Assembly: GCA_038867615.1 (NCBI GenBank)
Contig: JAWBYA010000007.1
Span: 1-64,000 of the forward strand
Length of the DNA stretch: 64,000 nucleotides
Reading direction: 5' to 3'
DNA from: Sulfolobales archaeon
GTDB lineage: Archaea; Thermoproteota; Thermoprotei_A; Sulfolobales; AG1
Part shown: one piece after another, positions 29,459 through 39,923 of the stretch
Position numbering within the stretch: the first letter of the stretch is position 1
Layout of the letters: every line of letters starts with the position of its first letter
Program-made: the position numbers and the translations under genes
The notes under the pieces: model-generated
Databases searched by the model: none
Seen by the model: only the letters and a program-made list of their open reading frames with translations
What the model was told of the DNA's origin: nothing

Positions 29459-29707
29459 AGCACCACATCATATATGCTCTGCACAGAGGCTAATATAGAG
29501 CTTCAATAAGAGTGGGGGAAGCATTGATAAAGAAAAGAAAGGAAGAGGAAAAAGAAAAAAGAAAGACAAGAAAAAGATAAATCGCGTTGAGAAAGGTTTT
29601 CCCGATCCCAGGCTATTGGTAAGAGGGTAGGTTTATCGTAATAGCAGTGTGAATATTCAGATACCAGGATAGGATGTTCCCATAGGATCGCTCATGACTC
29701 TTAAGCA

Positions 29708-29775
29708 GTAGCCAGCTGTTTCGGATTTCATGATGGTTTATAAGGATCGATATTGATATTGAATTTGTCTCTGTA
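29708..29775 (+). repeat. Left-end fragment of the element
   Basis: GTAGCCAGCTGTTTCGGATTTCATGATGGTTTATAAGGATCGATATTGA, near-identical to the left ends of copies 1 and 2. Confidence 0.8.
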
Positions 29776-29781
29776 GGAGTA

Positions 29782-30717
29782 CTATACTAGAACTAAATGT
29801 TCTTTTGAGAAACCGCTAAAGCCCTCGAGATCTAGTCTATATGCTGCTGCATATGCGTTATAATATGGTGCTCCTTTTCTGGAGAATATTGTTAGAACCC
29901 GTGCTCCATGGTTAAGCTTATACCCTTCCCGCACAGCTTCATGCCCCCTTACTATTATTTTCACACCGGTTTTCTTGATGAACTCGTTTGTTATCGCCTC
30001 TCCCCAGAGGAATCCTGCGCCCCTTGGTGATGACGCATAGCCTATATCAGGATCCTCTGTAGGATCGTTACACAGGATCTCCTCCAATGTCCTCTTGTCA
30101 TGATCGGCATCTAGAATGCATCTAAAATCAGACCAATAGCTTGTGGTTGATAGAACCGGTATTCCTCCGTGGAGAAACACTACTGTATCTCTATATATCG
30201 CAGCATATGGAAGCAGATCAAATATCCCTCTGGAAATCCCATATATCTCATCACCCTCACCACCATATATAGCTCTAAGGATCTCTGGATAATCATGAGG
30301 ATGTACAGGGAGAAAATCAAGGCTCTTTATCTCGTGATTACCTCTAAGAGTTATCACATTCCCTCTATATCTCTTTTTGAGGAGGGCTATGAATAGCATT
30401 GTTTCGAGCTGCTTATCCCCTCTATCAATATAGTCCCCTAGAAATACTAGGAGCCCGCCGTCCTTAAGGATCTTCTCTACATCTATATAACTTAATATCT
30501 GAACCAACGTATCTAGATCACCGTGTATATCGCCTATAACTATCGCCTCACGGTATTTATGGGGCTCTATCTCGACAAGACCTTTAGGTCTCTTCCTCGA
30601 CATATGCTCCTCCATCAACACCTCTTTGAGACTCATCAGCTCCAATATAACTTCTCTAGGTTTCTTTACCAGGCTTGTTATTTCCCTTTCCAGATCTCGT
30701 AGCATCTTCCATGCCAC
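29782..30717 (-). CDS. PPP-family Ser/Thr protein phosphatase
   Basis: GDIHG, GDYIDRG, RGNHE, HGG, SPRGAG, RGHE. Confidence 0.92.
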   Translation of the reverse strand: MAWKMLRDLEREITSLVKKPREVILELMSLKEVLMEEHMSRKRPKGLVEIEPHKYREAIVIGDIHGDLDTLVQILSYIDVEKILKDGGLLVFLGDYIDRGDKQLETMLFIALLKKRYRGNVITLRGNHEIKSLDFLPVHPHDYPEILRAIYGGEGDEIYGISRGIFDLLPYAAIYRDTVVFLHGGIPVLSTTSYWSDFRCILDADHDKRTLEEILCNDPTEDPDIGYASSPRGAGFLWGEAITNEFIKKTGVKIIVRGHEAVREGYKLNHGARVLTIFSRKGAPYYNAYAAAYRLDLEGFSGFSKEHLVLV

Positions 30718-31159
30718 GTTTAGAGGTTCTGGAAGGTATATATTTGGATGCGGCTTAGGTAGAGTTCCTCCGTGACTCTGGTTAGATATCTACCTACACC
30801 GTGTTCACATACCATAACACCATGGATCCTCCTTCTAGGAAGAGCCCGGACTGTTTGCACTGGAGAGTAGGATATACTCCTCTATGGAGTAGTGGCAGGA
30901 GTCCACGAAATGCTGTGCAAAGCGTATGAGCTTCAATAGATCTTCAGGATCCGGATTCTCTGTGGAGAGGGTTTGTTTGGTCGCTTAACCCGCCTCAATG
31001 CTGTCCAGGTTCTGGTGGTTATCGCTGCCCAGGGTTAGGTATTTTAGAAGCCGTTGTGCTGATCCTCTATAGAATAGGTTTGGGGAGCTGTTGAGAGAGT
31101 ATCTAGAGATAGTTACATATGGGGAGCGTGGAGTTTTTATCTAGCCTGGTATTTGCCTT

Positions 31160-32317
31160 TTGGCGGCTTATATGTTTAGGAGGGCTGAGTTTTGGGATAA
31201 ACCCTTGATCGTTTTCTGGGAGGTTACGAGAGCATGCCCTCTAGCATGTCTTCATTGTAGGGCTGAGGCTATACTTAAGCCTCTTCCTGGGGAGCTGAGT
31301 ACTGATGAGGGGCTCAGGCTTATTGAGGATATAGCTGGGTTTGGGAAGCCCTATCCCTTGCTTGTATTCACCGGAGGAGATCCTCTGGCTAGGGGTGATC
31401 TGTTACTCCTTGCCGAAAGGGCCAGGGATCTCGGGATCCCATTCGCCCTAGCCCCGGCCGTGTCTCCGAATCTGTGGAGCGGTGTTCTTGAGAAGCTCGT
31501 CGATATGGGTTTGAGGGCTATTTCGATAAGTATTGATAGCGGTTATGGGGATATTCATGACGCTATACGGGGTGTTAAAGGCGTTTTTGATGAGAGCTGG
31601 AGGGCTGTTAAGTATATAATGAGCCTGGGGGTCAGGGTTCAGGTTAATACTGTGGTTATGAGGAGCAATGTTCTATCAATGCCAAGGCTTGTTGGGCTTC
31701 TCCACAAGCACGGTGTGCCTGCGTGGGAGGTGTTTTTCCTGATAATGGTTGGTAGGGCTAGATCCTCGGTGCTTGAGGAGCTATCGCCAGAGGAGGCTGA
31801 GGATTTCCTCCACTTCCTCTACGATGTCTCGAGAACAGGGATTAGGGTGAGGACTGTGGAGGCTCCCTTCTTTAGAAGAATAGCTATAGTTAGAAGAGCT
31901 ATGGAGAGGGGTCTAGAACCGCCGGGTCGTTTCCCAAGGCCTGGGTATCTCTATAAGAGGCTTCTAGCAGATCTCACAGAGATCCTTGGTGAGAACGCTT
32001 TCGGCAAGCCGGCGCTTGAGATAACGCCTACGAGGGATGGGAGTGGCGTGATCTTTATAAGCTATTCAGGCGAGGTCTATCCAAGCGGTTTCACACCCTA
32101 CCCGGTTGGTAATGTGAGGAGGGAGAGTATTGTGGAGATCTATAGGAAGAGCCCTGTGCTTAAAATGATCAAGAGTGCTGGGTTTAGGGGTAGGTGTGGT
32201 GTTTGTGAGTTTAGATACATATGCGGCGGGAGCAGGGCTAGGGCTTATGCTTCTTCAGGAGATCCTTTGGGATCGGATCCTCTATGCCCATATATCCCCA
32301 GGGGGTATGGATCTTGA
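31160..32317 (+). CDS. Radical SAM/SPASM protein (AhbD/NirJ-like, alternative heme synthesis)
   Basis: WEVTRACPLACLHCRA; CGVCEFRYICGGSRARAY...DPLC. Confidence 0.82.
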   Translation: MAAYMFRRAEFWDKPLIVFWEVTRACPLACLHCRAEAILKPLPGELSTDEGLRLIEDIAGFGKPYPLLVFTGGDPLARGDLLLLAERARDLGIPFALAPAVSPNLWSGVLEKLVDMGLRAISISIDSGYGDIHDAIRGVKGVFDESWRAVKYIMSLGVRVQVNTVVMRSNVLSMPRLVGLLHKHGVPAWEVFFLIMVGRARSSVLEELSPEEAEDFLHFLYDVSRTGIRVRTVEAPFFRRIAIVRRAMERGLEPPGRFPRPGYLYKRLLADLTEILGENAFGKPALEITPTRDGSGVIFISYSGEVYPSGFTPYPVGNVRRESIVEIYRKSPVLKMIKSAGFRGRCGVCEFRYICGGSRARAYASSGDPLGSDPLCPYIPRGYGS

Positions 32318-33471
32318 TCCCCGTCTCTGTCCTTGTATCTGGTAGGGGTACTGTGTCATTCAAGATCAAGGGCGCCCATAGCGTTAACACTCCGCCTAGT
32401 TTTAGTAGCGAGTTTAGACCGATCATAGCTTGGAATATAACGAGGGCTTGTAATCTCAAATGCCTCCACTGCTACATAGATGCTGGATCACCCTCGCCAC
32501 ATGAGCTGAGTACCGAGGAGGCTCTAAATGTTATAGATCAGATCAGGGATGTTGGCTCACCACTAATAATATTCACCGGAGGAGAGCCCCTGCTCAGAAG
32601 AGATCTCTTCACACTTGCATCGAGAGCGGCTAGCCATGGGATCAAGCTTGTCCTCAGTACTAACGGTACGTTAATAGATAAGGCGATGGCTAGAAGGATC
32701 CTTGACACCGGGTTCCAGTATGTTGGCATCTCTATAGATAGTGTTAACCCTGAGTGGCATGATAGCTTTAGAGGCGTTAGGGGGTCTTTCAAAGCCGCTG
32801 TCGAGGGGGCTGTAAACCTAGTCGATCTCGGTGTGAGTGTAGGGCTTAGATATACTATAACAAGGTATAATATCTCAGAAGCACCCAGAGTGATCGAGCT
32901 CGCATCATCGATAGGGGCTAGGAGGGTTACATTCTACCACCTATCCTACGTGGGCAGGGCTCTCAAACTCCCCAGGGACTGGATACCGCTTCCAGAGCAG
33001 TACAGGATCTTCATGGATAGGGTGATAGAGCTTGCCGAGAAATACTCCGGGGTAATAGAGATCGAGACAACACTAGGCCCCTTCGACGGGATCTATATAG
33101 CTATAAAGAAAGCTAGAGAAGGTGAAGAGATGAAAAGAATACTGGAGTTTGTCAAAAGATCAGGAGGTTGTGGGAGAAAAATAATATCGATCTTCCCCGA
33201 TGGAAGTGTAAAACCATGCCAGTTCATAGACTTCATAGACCTCGGGAATATTAGGAAGGAGCATCTAAGCAGCATAATAAGAAACCTCGAGAAAGAACCC
33301 TACAGAGTATTCATAGAACCCTGGAAATATGTGAGGAGAGGGAAATGCGCCCAGTGCCAATTCCTACAATACTGCGGCGGGGGAGACAGGGTCAGAGCAT
33401 ACTATCTAGAAGGGTCGCTAGACGCCAGCGACCCGTACTGCCCAATACCAGTCCTCGCCAGCCACACATAG
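32284..33471 (+). CDS. Radical SAM/SPASM protein (AhbC/NirJ1-like)
   Basis: WNITRACNLKCLHCY; FYHL.YVGR; SPASM cysteines. Confidence 0.82.
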   Translation: MPIYPQGVWILIPVSVLVSGRGTVSFKIKGAHSVNTPPSFSSEFRPIIAWNITRACNLKCLHCYIDAGSPSPHELSTEEALNVIDQIRDVGSPLIIFTGGEPLLRRDLFTLASRAASHGIKLVLSTNGTLIDKAMARRILDTGFQYVGISIDSVNPEWHDSFRGVRGSFKAAVEGAVNLVDLGVSVGLRYTITRYNISEAPRVIELASSIGARRVTFYHLSYVGRALKLPRDWIPLPEQYRIFMDRVIELAEKYSGVIEIETTLGPFDGIYIAIKKAREGEEMKRILEFVKRSGGCGRKIISIFPDGSVKPCQFIDFIDLGNIRKEHLSSIIRNLEKEPYRVFIEPWKYVRRGKCAQCQFLQYCGGGDRVRAYYLEGSLDASDPYCPIPVLASHT

Positions 33472-33650
33472 ATCGCAATAAATCCCGCACCAACATCTTC
33501 TCCAAGATCTCTTCAACCTAACAGATCTTGCCGGGATGAGCTAAAGCTCTATCCCATCAATATAGAACTGGTGAAAAGGACAGGTATCCATATACATTAT
33601 AGAAATAAAAACGTTGGCTAATTTGGTATAGAAACTAGGTAAAAATAGGC

Positions 33651-33869
33651 GGGAGGGAGCGGCAGACATATTATTCCTAACCTAGTTCCCATACCTCTTG
33701 GCCCTGGTTTCTCTCTAGGATCCTGAGGATACCCCGCGGTGATATCCCCGGGATCCTAGAGAGCTTCTCCAGGACAATCCTAGGGTTACCCCTAGGTTTG
33801 CCCTGGAGTTTCCCAGGGTTGCGAGGTATGGTTTTTAGGTTAGGAGGCGCCTGTCTGTCGCCCCCTCCC
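33651..33869 (-). ncRNA. Unassigned 219-nt highly structured RNA (rod ending in three-way junction)
   Basis: Nested complementary helices, G-U wobbles and A-rich loops favour the minus strand; GUAA tetraloop; upstream CGAAAACATATA, downstream TATTTTT. Confidence 0.7.
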
Positions 33870-34069
33870 AAAAAAGTAGTGGTTGGGAGATTGGTATATG
33901 TTTTCGTACCAATAATTCCACGTTGATCCCATATGATCATGGGTATTACTATAAATACCCCTAGCATATATAATTATTATTTTATCTGGTATTACCATTG
34001 ATAATTTTATATATTAGCATCTTTATGCATGGTTTTAATCCTCTTAGCTTTTATAGTTAGGTGTAGATC

Positions 34070-34741
34070 TTGCTCTTCCTGGTTGGTGTTGGTCCTGGGG
34101 ATCCTGGGCTTCTTACCCTCAGAGGTTTAGAGATCATTAGGAGATCTGTTATTATAGGTGGCTGGAGCAGTGTTCTTGAGAGATTTTCGGATCTCCTTTC
34201 AGGCAAGGTTGTTGTTAGGATCAGCTATTCTACTGAGGAGCGTGACTTATCCTTTCTCGTTGATAGTGCTGCTAATAACGATGTCTCTATCCTTATCCAC
34301 GGAGATCCTTCCGTTTCTGACTGGCAGTTTGTGGAGAAGATCAGGGGGCTTTGTCTCTCTAAAAAGATCCCTATGGAGATAGTTCCAGGTGTTTCTTCTG
34401 TAAACGTGGCTCTTGCGAGAGAAGGGTTGGATCTCGCTAACACTATCTTTGTATCTCTCCATAGGAGCGGTTTTATCGATTATAACGAGATCCTGAGAGG
34501 CCTTGCACTAGGTAGGGTTGTAGTTGTATTCCCCGAACCCTATCCCGATGGTCCTCAGAGGATTGCTAGGTTTCTAATCAAAGCAGGTTTTGAGAAGGAT
34601 CGTCGTGTGAGGGTTTATGAGAAGCTGACATTCCCTGACGAGGTTTCTAGCGAGTATAGCGTCGAGGGTCTTGCTAATGAGCATAAGGGTTTCAGCGATC
34701 TCAGCGTTGTGATCATCTATCCAGACCTGGGTAAGGGCTAG
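34070..34741 (+). CDS. cbiE: Precorrin-6Y/cobalt-precorrin-7 methyltransferase
   Basis: VGVGPGDP.LLT, GDP, VPGVSS, SLH, YEKLTFPDE. Confidence 0.82.
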   Translation: MLFLVGVGPGDPGLLTLRGLEIIRRSVIIGGWSSVLERFSDLLSGKVVVRISYSTEERDLSFLVDSAANNDVSILIHGDPSVSDWQFVEKIRGLCLSKKIPMEIVPGVSSVNVALAREGLDLANTIFVSLHRSGFIDYNEILRGLALGRVVVVFPEPYPDGPQRIARFLIKAGFEKDRRVRVYEKLTFPDEVSSEYSVEGLANEHKGFSDLSVVIIYPDLGKG

Positions 34742-35958
34742 TATGGTCTCTCGCTCGGGACCGAGATGAGCCTGTCCGCTGGGAAGAGGGTTATTACTCT
34801 AGACCCTGTGTCTGTAACCACTACCTCTACCTCTATTCTCGCCGCCCCGGTGTTATCCTTAGCAGGGGCCCATGTTTCTAGTGCGAGCACCATGTTCTCC
34901 TGGATCCTTACTGGGTAGTTGAAAGATATAGCCCTAGAGATCAGGGGTCTCTCCCTATGGCTAAGCCCTATCCCGTGGCCGAATTGGAGTAGGAATGCCT
35001 CCTCCTCGCTCTTGAACCCCAGCTCCTGTGCGGAGGGCCAGCAGCTAGCTATCTCAGCGGTTGTCACACCAGGTCTTGTCTTCTCGACGGAGCATTTGAG
35101 CCACTCCCAAGCCTTCTCATAGGCTTCTATCTGGGCTCTTGTGGGCTCGCCGACCACGAATGTTCTGTAATAGCACGTCCTATATCCTAGGTATGAGTGC
35201 ATTATATCTATATAGACCATATCCCTCGGCCTGATCATCCTGTCCGAGAACATATGGGGGTGGGGAGCCCCGCGAGGACCTGAGACAACGTTGACAGCCT
35301 CAACACCCTCTGACCCCATTTCGTAGAGTATTTTATGCACAAAGGCTACTATATCGTTCTCCCTAACCCCAGGCCTTATATATCTCGAGAGCTCTGAGTA
35401 TGTGGCGTCAACCATCGCAGCCGCTATCTCGAGAAGCTCTATCTCATCCCTCGTCTTGATAAGCCTTGCCTCGAGCATCACCCTCTGACCATCCTCGATC
35501 CTAACACCCCTCTTGTTCAAGGCATGCATGAGTGCCGGGTCCAGTATATCGAACCCCACGGGGAGATCTGCGGCACCGTATTTCTTGAGAGTACTTACTA
35601 TGAGATCCGCAACCCTCCCAGCCCATCCAGCCTCGTCGGGCATTGTGCTTCTCGAATGGGTTATAACGGGGTTTATCTCGTCGAGCCATGTCACCCACCT
35701 CCTCTTGAACGGGGCTGCGGGGTCGAAGAGGATTGTATGCCCATCGGCTGTTAGTATTGCTAGCCTCTCCATCTTATCCCTACCCCACTCCCCCAGGTGG
35801 GTGCTTGTTATATACCTAATGTTATTATAGTCGAAGACCACCAGGGCTCCTAAACCGCTTTTTCTAAGCTGCTCCAGAGCCCTTCTAACCCTATCCCTCC
35901 TAAGCCTGTCAAAATCAACCCTGGCTTCATAATCAACTGCGGTTATACCGAAGCTCAA
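34738..35958 (-). CDS. Xaa-Pro peptidase family M24 protein
   Basis: RLIKT.DEI, PGVRE, GHGIGL, LALET. Confidence 0.85.
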   Translation of the reverse strand: MSFGITAVDYEARVDFDRLRRDRVRRALEQLRKSGLGALVVFDYNNIRYITSTHLGEWGRDKMERLAILTADGHTILFDPAAPFKRRWVTWLDEINPVITHSRSTMPDEAGWAGRVADLIVSTLKKYGAADLPVGFDILDPALMHALNKRGVRIEDGQRVMLEARLIKTRDEIELLEIAAAMVDATYSELSRYIRPGVRENDIVAFVHKILYEMGSEGVEAVNVVSGPRGAPHPHMFSDRMIRPRDMVYIDIMHSYLGYRTCYYRTFVVGEPTRAQIEAYEKAWEWLKCSVEKTRPGVTTAEIASCWPSAQELGFKSEEEAFLLQFGHGIGLSHRERPLISRAISFNYPVRIQENMVLALETWAPAKDNTGAARIEVEVVVTDTGSRVITLFPADRLISVPSERPY

Positions 35959-36107
35959 GGAGCCTGCCCGGATGATATTGGTTAGGATTCCTAATATTTA
36001 TATGGAGACGCTACATCGAGTAGGGTTGATCACATACACGAGATCTTCGATAAACCCATGGTTAAAACCGCGGTAAGGGTTGCATTTAGCATGGTCTCGG
36101 GATCTGT

Positions 36108-37271
36108 TTAGCCAACTGCTTCTAGGGATCTCTTAAGCCTCTCCACACCCTCAGCTATTTTTTCCTTAGGCGGCGTGCTTATACTTATTCTGACAGCATC
36201 TATTGGTTTGCTCTCTATGTAGAAATCCCTTGCTGGTACATAGATCACGCCGCTCTCTATAGCTCTTGGTAGATGCTCCTCCGCATCTCTCCCAAGCCTT
36301 AGTAGTGTGTAGAACCCGCAGTCAGGCTTGACATATCTCTCTGGGAATTTCTCGTCGAGAGCCTCTACAAGGGTTTTTAGCTTCTCTTCGTAGTGTCTCC
36401 TCAGCCTTGGTAATAGGCTTTTCACAACACCCCTCCTAAGGATCCTGGCCACGGCTAGCTGTATTATTGTTGATGTTGAGAAGTCATGCTGCTCAAGCTT
36501 CGAGAGCTCTTCAGCAAGCTCTCTACCCAGGATTGCGAAGCCTATTCTAAGCCCTGGGGCTAGGACTTTGCTCATGGTTCCCACATATATAACCCTGCCG
36601 TTTTTGTCGAGGCTCTTAATGCTTGGGGGAGGGTTTCTGGCTATAGGTCTGTAGGGATCGTCCTCTAGCACGAGGAACCCGTACTCCTCGGCTAGCTCGA
36701 CTAGGTGCTTCCTCCCCTCGAGATCCATTGTCACCCCGCATGGGTTATGGCAGGTGGGGATTGTATATACCATCTTGGGCCTCAAACCCCTCCTAAGGAT
36801 CCTTTCGAGTGCATGGGTATCCATACCATTCTCGCCAAGCCCTACACCAACGATCCTTGCTCTCTGGAACCTCATGGGATCTATGGCCTCCCAGAAAGAA
36901 GGATCCTCTGTAACAACAACATCGCCAGAGCCTAGGAGGAGCTGGCTTAGCAGCTTAATACCATGCTGGGCCCCGGATGTGACAACAAGATCCTCATCGC
37001 CCTTTAAACCAACACCCAGATCAGAGCTAACATATAGCTTTAGCTCCTCAACAAGCTCAGGCAAACCCCCAGCGCCTGGGTAGCCCAGAGCGCTGGCACC
37101 ATATTCTAGCAGTGTTTGTTCCAGAGCCTCCATGATCTCCCTAACAGGGATCATGAGAGGGTCTGGGGAACCGCTTGCAAAGTTAACAACCCCTGAGAGG
37201 CTTCTAGCCTTCCTCGAGGCAAGCTCTACGGGGGACCACGAGAGCCTCTCCACGATCCCGGCGGGCTCCAT
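36108..37271 (-). CDS. PLP-dependent aminotransferase class I/II (LysN/ARO8-like)
   Basis: VTSGAQ, HNPCG, EDDPY, SKVLAPGLRIG. Confidence 0.9.
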   Translation of the reverse strand: MEPAGIVERLSWSPVELASRKARSLSGVVNFASGSPDPLMIPVREIMEALEQTLLEYGASALGYPGAGGLPELVEELKLYVSSDLGVGLKGDEDLVVTSGAQHGIKLLSQLLLGSGDVVVTEDPSFWEAIDPMRFQRARIVGVGLGENGMDTHALERILRRGLRPKMVYTIPTCHNPCGVTMDLEGRKHLVELAEEYGFLVLEDDPYRPIARNPPPSIKSLDKNGRVIYVGTMSKVLAPGLRIGFAILGRELAEELSKLEQHDFSTSTIIQLAVARILRRGVVKSLLPRLRRHYEEKLKTLVEALDEKFPERYVKPDCGFYTLLRLGRDAEEHLPRAIESGVIYVPARDFYIESKPIDAVRISISTPPKEKIAEGVERLKRSLEAVG

Positions 37272-37453
37272 CTTTATCCTCTAACTCTATATAGATCCTC
37301 ACATATATATCTAACTAGCCAGGGGGATCTATTATCTGCCTTTTCACACGGATCGGTTCCCTGAAGCCCCAGCAAGCTGGTTGAGGGGGATGCGACCTAG
37401 AATCCAGGGTTGGTCTGCATAGCCCTAGGGATCTTTGTGATTGCTATTTAGCG

Positions 37454-38413
37454 TTACTCGGCTAGAGGGCCTATGACTTCTTCTCCAGCCATTCTGTTTA
37501 TTCTCTCAACCTCTTTGTTGATGAGCTCCTGTATCTCTTCGATCTCTTCCTCGGATAGGTCTCTGAACCTTCCCTGGATTCTGAGGTAGTGCTTCACATG
37601 CTTCCTCTTTGGTACCCTTACCGTTACTTTAAAGTCCCCCATTGTTATCTCCCAGTTTATCCACATGGCTGTCTCAACCGCTAGTCTTCCAACCTCTATG
37701 CCGTATCTAGGGTCGAATCTCCATCCCGTGGGGCATGGTTGTAGGACGTGTATGAATGATGGTCCCTCTACCTGGAGTCCTTTGAGGAACTTCTGATCCA
37801 TGTCTATTGGGTAGGCTATATTGGCTGTCGCTACATATGGTATCCTGTGTGCCGCCACTATCTCGGCTATTGGTTTCTTTGGCTGCATCTTACCCCTCAG
37901 AACCTTACCTAGAGGGGTTGTTGTTGTCCATGCATGCAGTGGTGTGGATCCGCTTCTCTGTATCCCTGTATTCATATAGGCCTCGTTATCGTAGAGAACA
38001 TACATAACCCTATGGCCCCTCTCAAGCATGCCGCTGAGGGCTTGGAGACCTATATCGTATGTCCCCCCATCTCCGGCTAGCACTACGATGTTGATCCTCT
38101 TGTTAGGATCTATCAAGCCCTTCCTAGCCATAACCCTCAAGGCGGTCTCTATACCGCTTGCCACCGCCGCTGCGTTTTCGAACGCCACGTGGATCCACGG
38201 GACTCTCCAGGATGTATATGGATACATTGTTGTCGAGACCTCGACACAGTTTGTAGCGTTAACCACGATCGTGTCTCTACCCGAGATCTTTAGGAGATGC
38301 CTTATCACGGTGCCTGCTGTGCAGCCAGCACAGAGTCCATGGCCCGGGGCGAAGAGCTCTTCCCTTGGTAGGTCTCTCACACCCCTGATCCTATAAACGT
38401 TACTCATACTCAA
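37454..38413 (-). CDS. porB: Pyruvate/2-oxoacid:ferredoxin oxidoreductase beta subunit
   Basis: GHGLCAGC, GDGG.YDIG, DNEAYMNTGIQRS, PCPTGW. Confidence 0.95.
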   Translation of the reverse strand: MSMSNVYRIRGVRDLPREELFAPGHGLCAGCTAGTVIRHLLKISGRDTIVVNATNCVEVSTTMYPYTSWRVPWIHVAFENAAAVASGIETALRVMARKGLIDPNKRINIVVLAGDGGTYDIGLQALSGMLERGHRVMYVLYDNEAYMNTGIQRSGSTPLHAWTTTTPLGKVLRGKMQPKKPIAEIVAAHRIPYVATANIAYPIDMDQKFLKGLQVEGPSFIHVLQPCPTGWRFDPRYGIEVGRLAVETAMWINWEITMGDFKVTVRVPKRKHVKHYLRIQGRFRDLSEEEIEEIQELINKEVERINRMAGEEVIGPLAE

Positions 38414-39617
38414 CCCCCCTAACCCCCCAGTGTATTGAGCCTATCTTCAAAGCCCTCTCCCCGAGTTCTAGGGCTTTTTTAACCATGCCTCTGAAGTCAT
38501 CCTCGCTAACAGGCCTCCCACCTATCCCTGCTATGAAGCTAGCTATTGCGGGGTACAGTCCTTCTCTATATAGTGCTGCTATGGTTTCGAGGGCTACTGG
38601 GCCTTCGATGCTGGCGCCATAGCTTATTGCTCTATCAACCACTATGAGGGTTTTTGCATCCTCGACCAGTGTTTTTAGATCTCTTGCTGGGAATGGTCTC
38701 CATAGCCTTAGCCTTAGTGCTCCTACTCTGAGGCCCTCGGATCTCAGTAGATCTACTGCTGTTTGGAGTGTTCCGTATATGCCTCCATATGTTAGGACAA
38801 GGATCTCGGAGTCCTCGGCTAGATATGATTCCACAGGCTTGTATACACGGCCCAGGTTCTCCTCTATCTTCGCATCAGCCTCCCTTATAACACTATAGGC
38901 TTCCTTCATAGCCTCAACCTGCTGGTACTTGATCTCGTAGTACCAGTCGGGGTTCACTATAGAGCCCATGGTTATGGGGTTATCAGGGTCCAGGGTATAT
39001 CTGGGTCTTCTCGGAAGCATTTTCGACACAGACTCCCTATCTTCTGGGATGTAGAGGGGCTCGTATGTGTGGCTCATCCAGAAGCCGTCGTAGGCTACTA
39101 TTGAGGGTAGGAGGATCCTTGGATCTTCTGAGACCATGTATGCCTCTATTATGGAGTCATACACCTCCTGTGCTGTTGATGCTACAAAAGTTATCCATGA
39201 TGTGTCTCTAACGTTCATTAGATCGGTGTAGTCGTTCCAAATACTTATTGGGGCTGAGATGGCTCTTGTAGCTATAGCCATTACCAGTGGGAGCCTCATG
39301 CCGGATGCTATGTGGAGGACCTCGTGCATGTACTCCAAACCCTGGGATGACGTTGCTGTGAATACCCTTGCACCTACCGCCGATGCTCCTACTATAGCGC
39401 TTAGTGCTGAGTGCTCGCTCTCAACATGGATCATCTCGGCATCGAGCTCCCCCTCAGCGATCATTTCCGAGAGCTTCTCAACCACACCCGTCTGTGGTGT
39501 TATGGGGTAGGCTGATATTACATCGACATCGGCATCTCTAACAGCATATGCCGCGGCATAGTTTGAGTTGAGGATAACCCTTGCCTGTCTCACCCTGCTC
39601 TCCAGCCTTGTCTCCAT
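38400..39617 (-). CDS. porA: Pyruvate/2-oxoacid:ferredoxin oxidoreductase alpha subunit
   Basis: AYPITPQT, ESEHSA, TATSSQGL. Confidence 0.95.
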   Translation of the reverse strand: METRLESRVRQARVILNSNYAAAYAVRDADVDVISAYPITPQTGVVEKLSEMIAEGELDAEMIHVESEHSALSAIVGASAVGARVFTATSSQGLEYMHEVLHIASGMRLPLVMAIATRAISAPISIWNDYTDLMNVRDTSWITFVASTAQEVYDSIIEAYMVSEDPRILLPSIVAYDGFWMSHTYEPLYIPEDRESVSKMLPRRPRYTLDPDNPITMGSIVNPDWYYEIKYQQVEAMKEAYSVIREADAKIEENLGRVYKPVESYLAEDSEILVLTYGGIYGTLQTAVDLLRSEGLRVGALRLRLWRPFPARDLKTLVEDAKTLIVVDRAISYGASIEGPVALETIAALYREGLYPAIASFIAGIGGRPVSEDDFRGMVKKALELGERALKIGSIHWGVRGVEYE

Positions 39618-39923
39618 TCACTTCACCTCCTCAACGAGCTCTATAGCCTTTACAGGGCATTCCTGGGCGCATATGCCGCAGCCTTTGCAGTAGTTATAGT
39701 CTATCTCGAAAGTTATGTTCCAGATCCTCCCCGCTTTTGTTCTATATGGTGTATCCCTGATCTCTATGACCCCGTCTGGGCAGTACATCCAGCATATATA
39801 GCATCTGACACACCTCTCCTGATCTATTACTGGTCTGAGAACCCTCCAGTCCCCCGTCTTTCTCTTCACGCTGTTGCCTGCCTCTATTATTATACCTCCT
39901 ATTGGGAGCTCTCTCCAGCTCAA
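39618..39923 (-). CDS. porD: Pyruvate/2-oxoacid:ferredoxin oxidoreductase delta subunit
   Basis: TGDWR..RP; two 4Fe-4S motifs. Confidence 0.95.
   Translation of the reverse strand: MSWRELPIGGIIIEAGNSVKRKTGDWRVLRPVIDQERCVRCYICWMYCPDGVIEIRDTPYRTKAGRIWNITFEIDYNYCKGCGICAQECPVKAIELVEEVK

Noticed and set aside
29521-29580. Long polypurine (A/G) tract
   Set aside because: Low-complexity intergenic sequence, perhaps a T-rich terminator on the minus strand; no further structure.
33651-33869. SRP RNA, RNase P RNA or cobalamin riboswitch assignment
   Set aside because: No SRP54-binding helix-8 motif or Alu domain; GGAAACUCCAG resembles RNase P CR-I but no CR-V or P4 partner is seen; no B12 box, and it is oriented away from cbiE.
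33677-33967. 96-aa ORF over the structured region
   Set aside because: No motifs; likely a by-product of GC-rich repeats.
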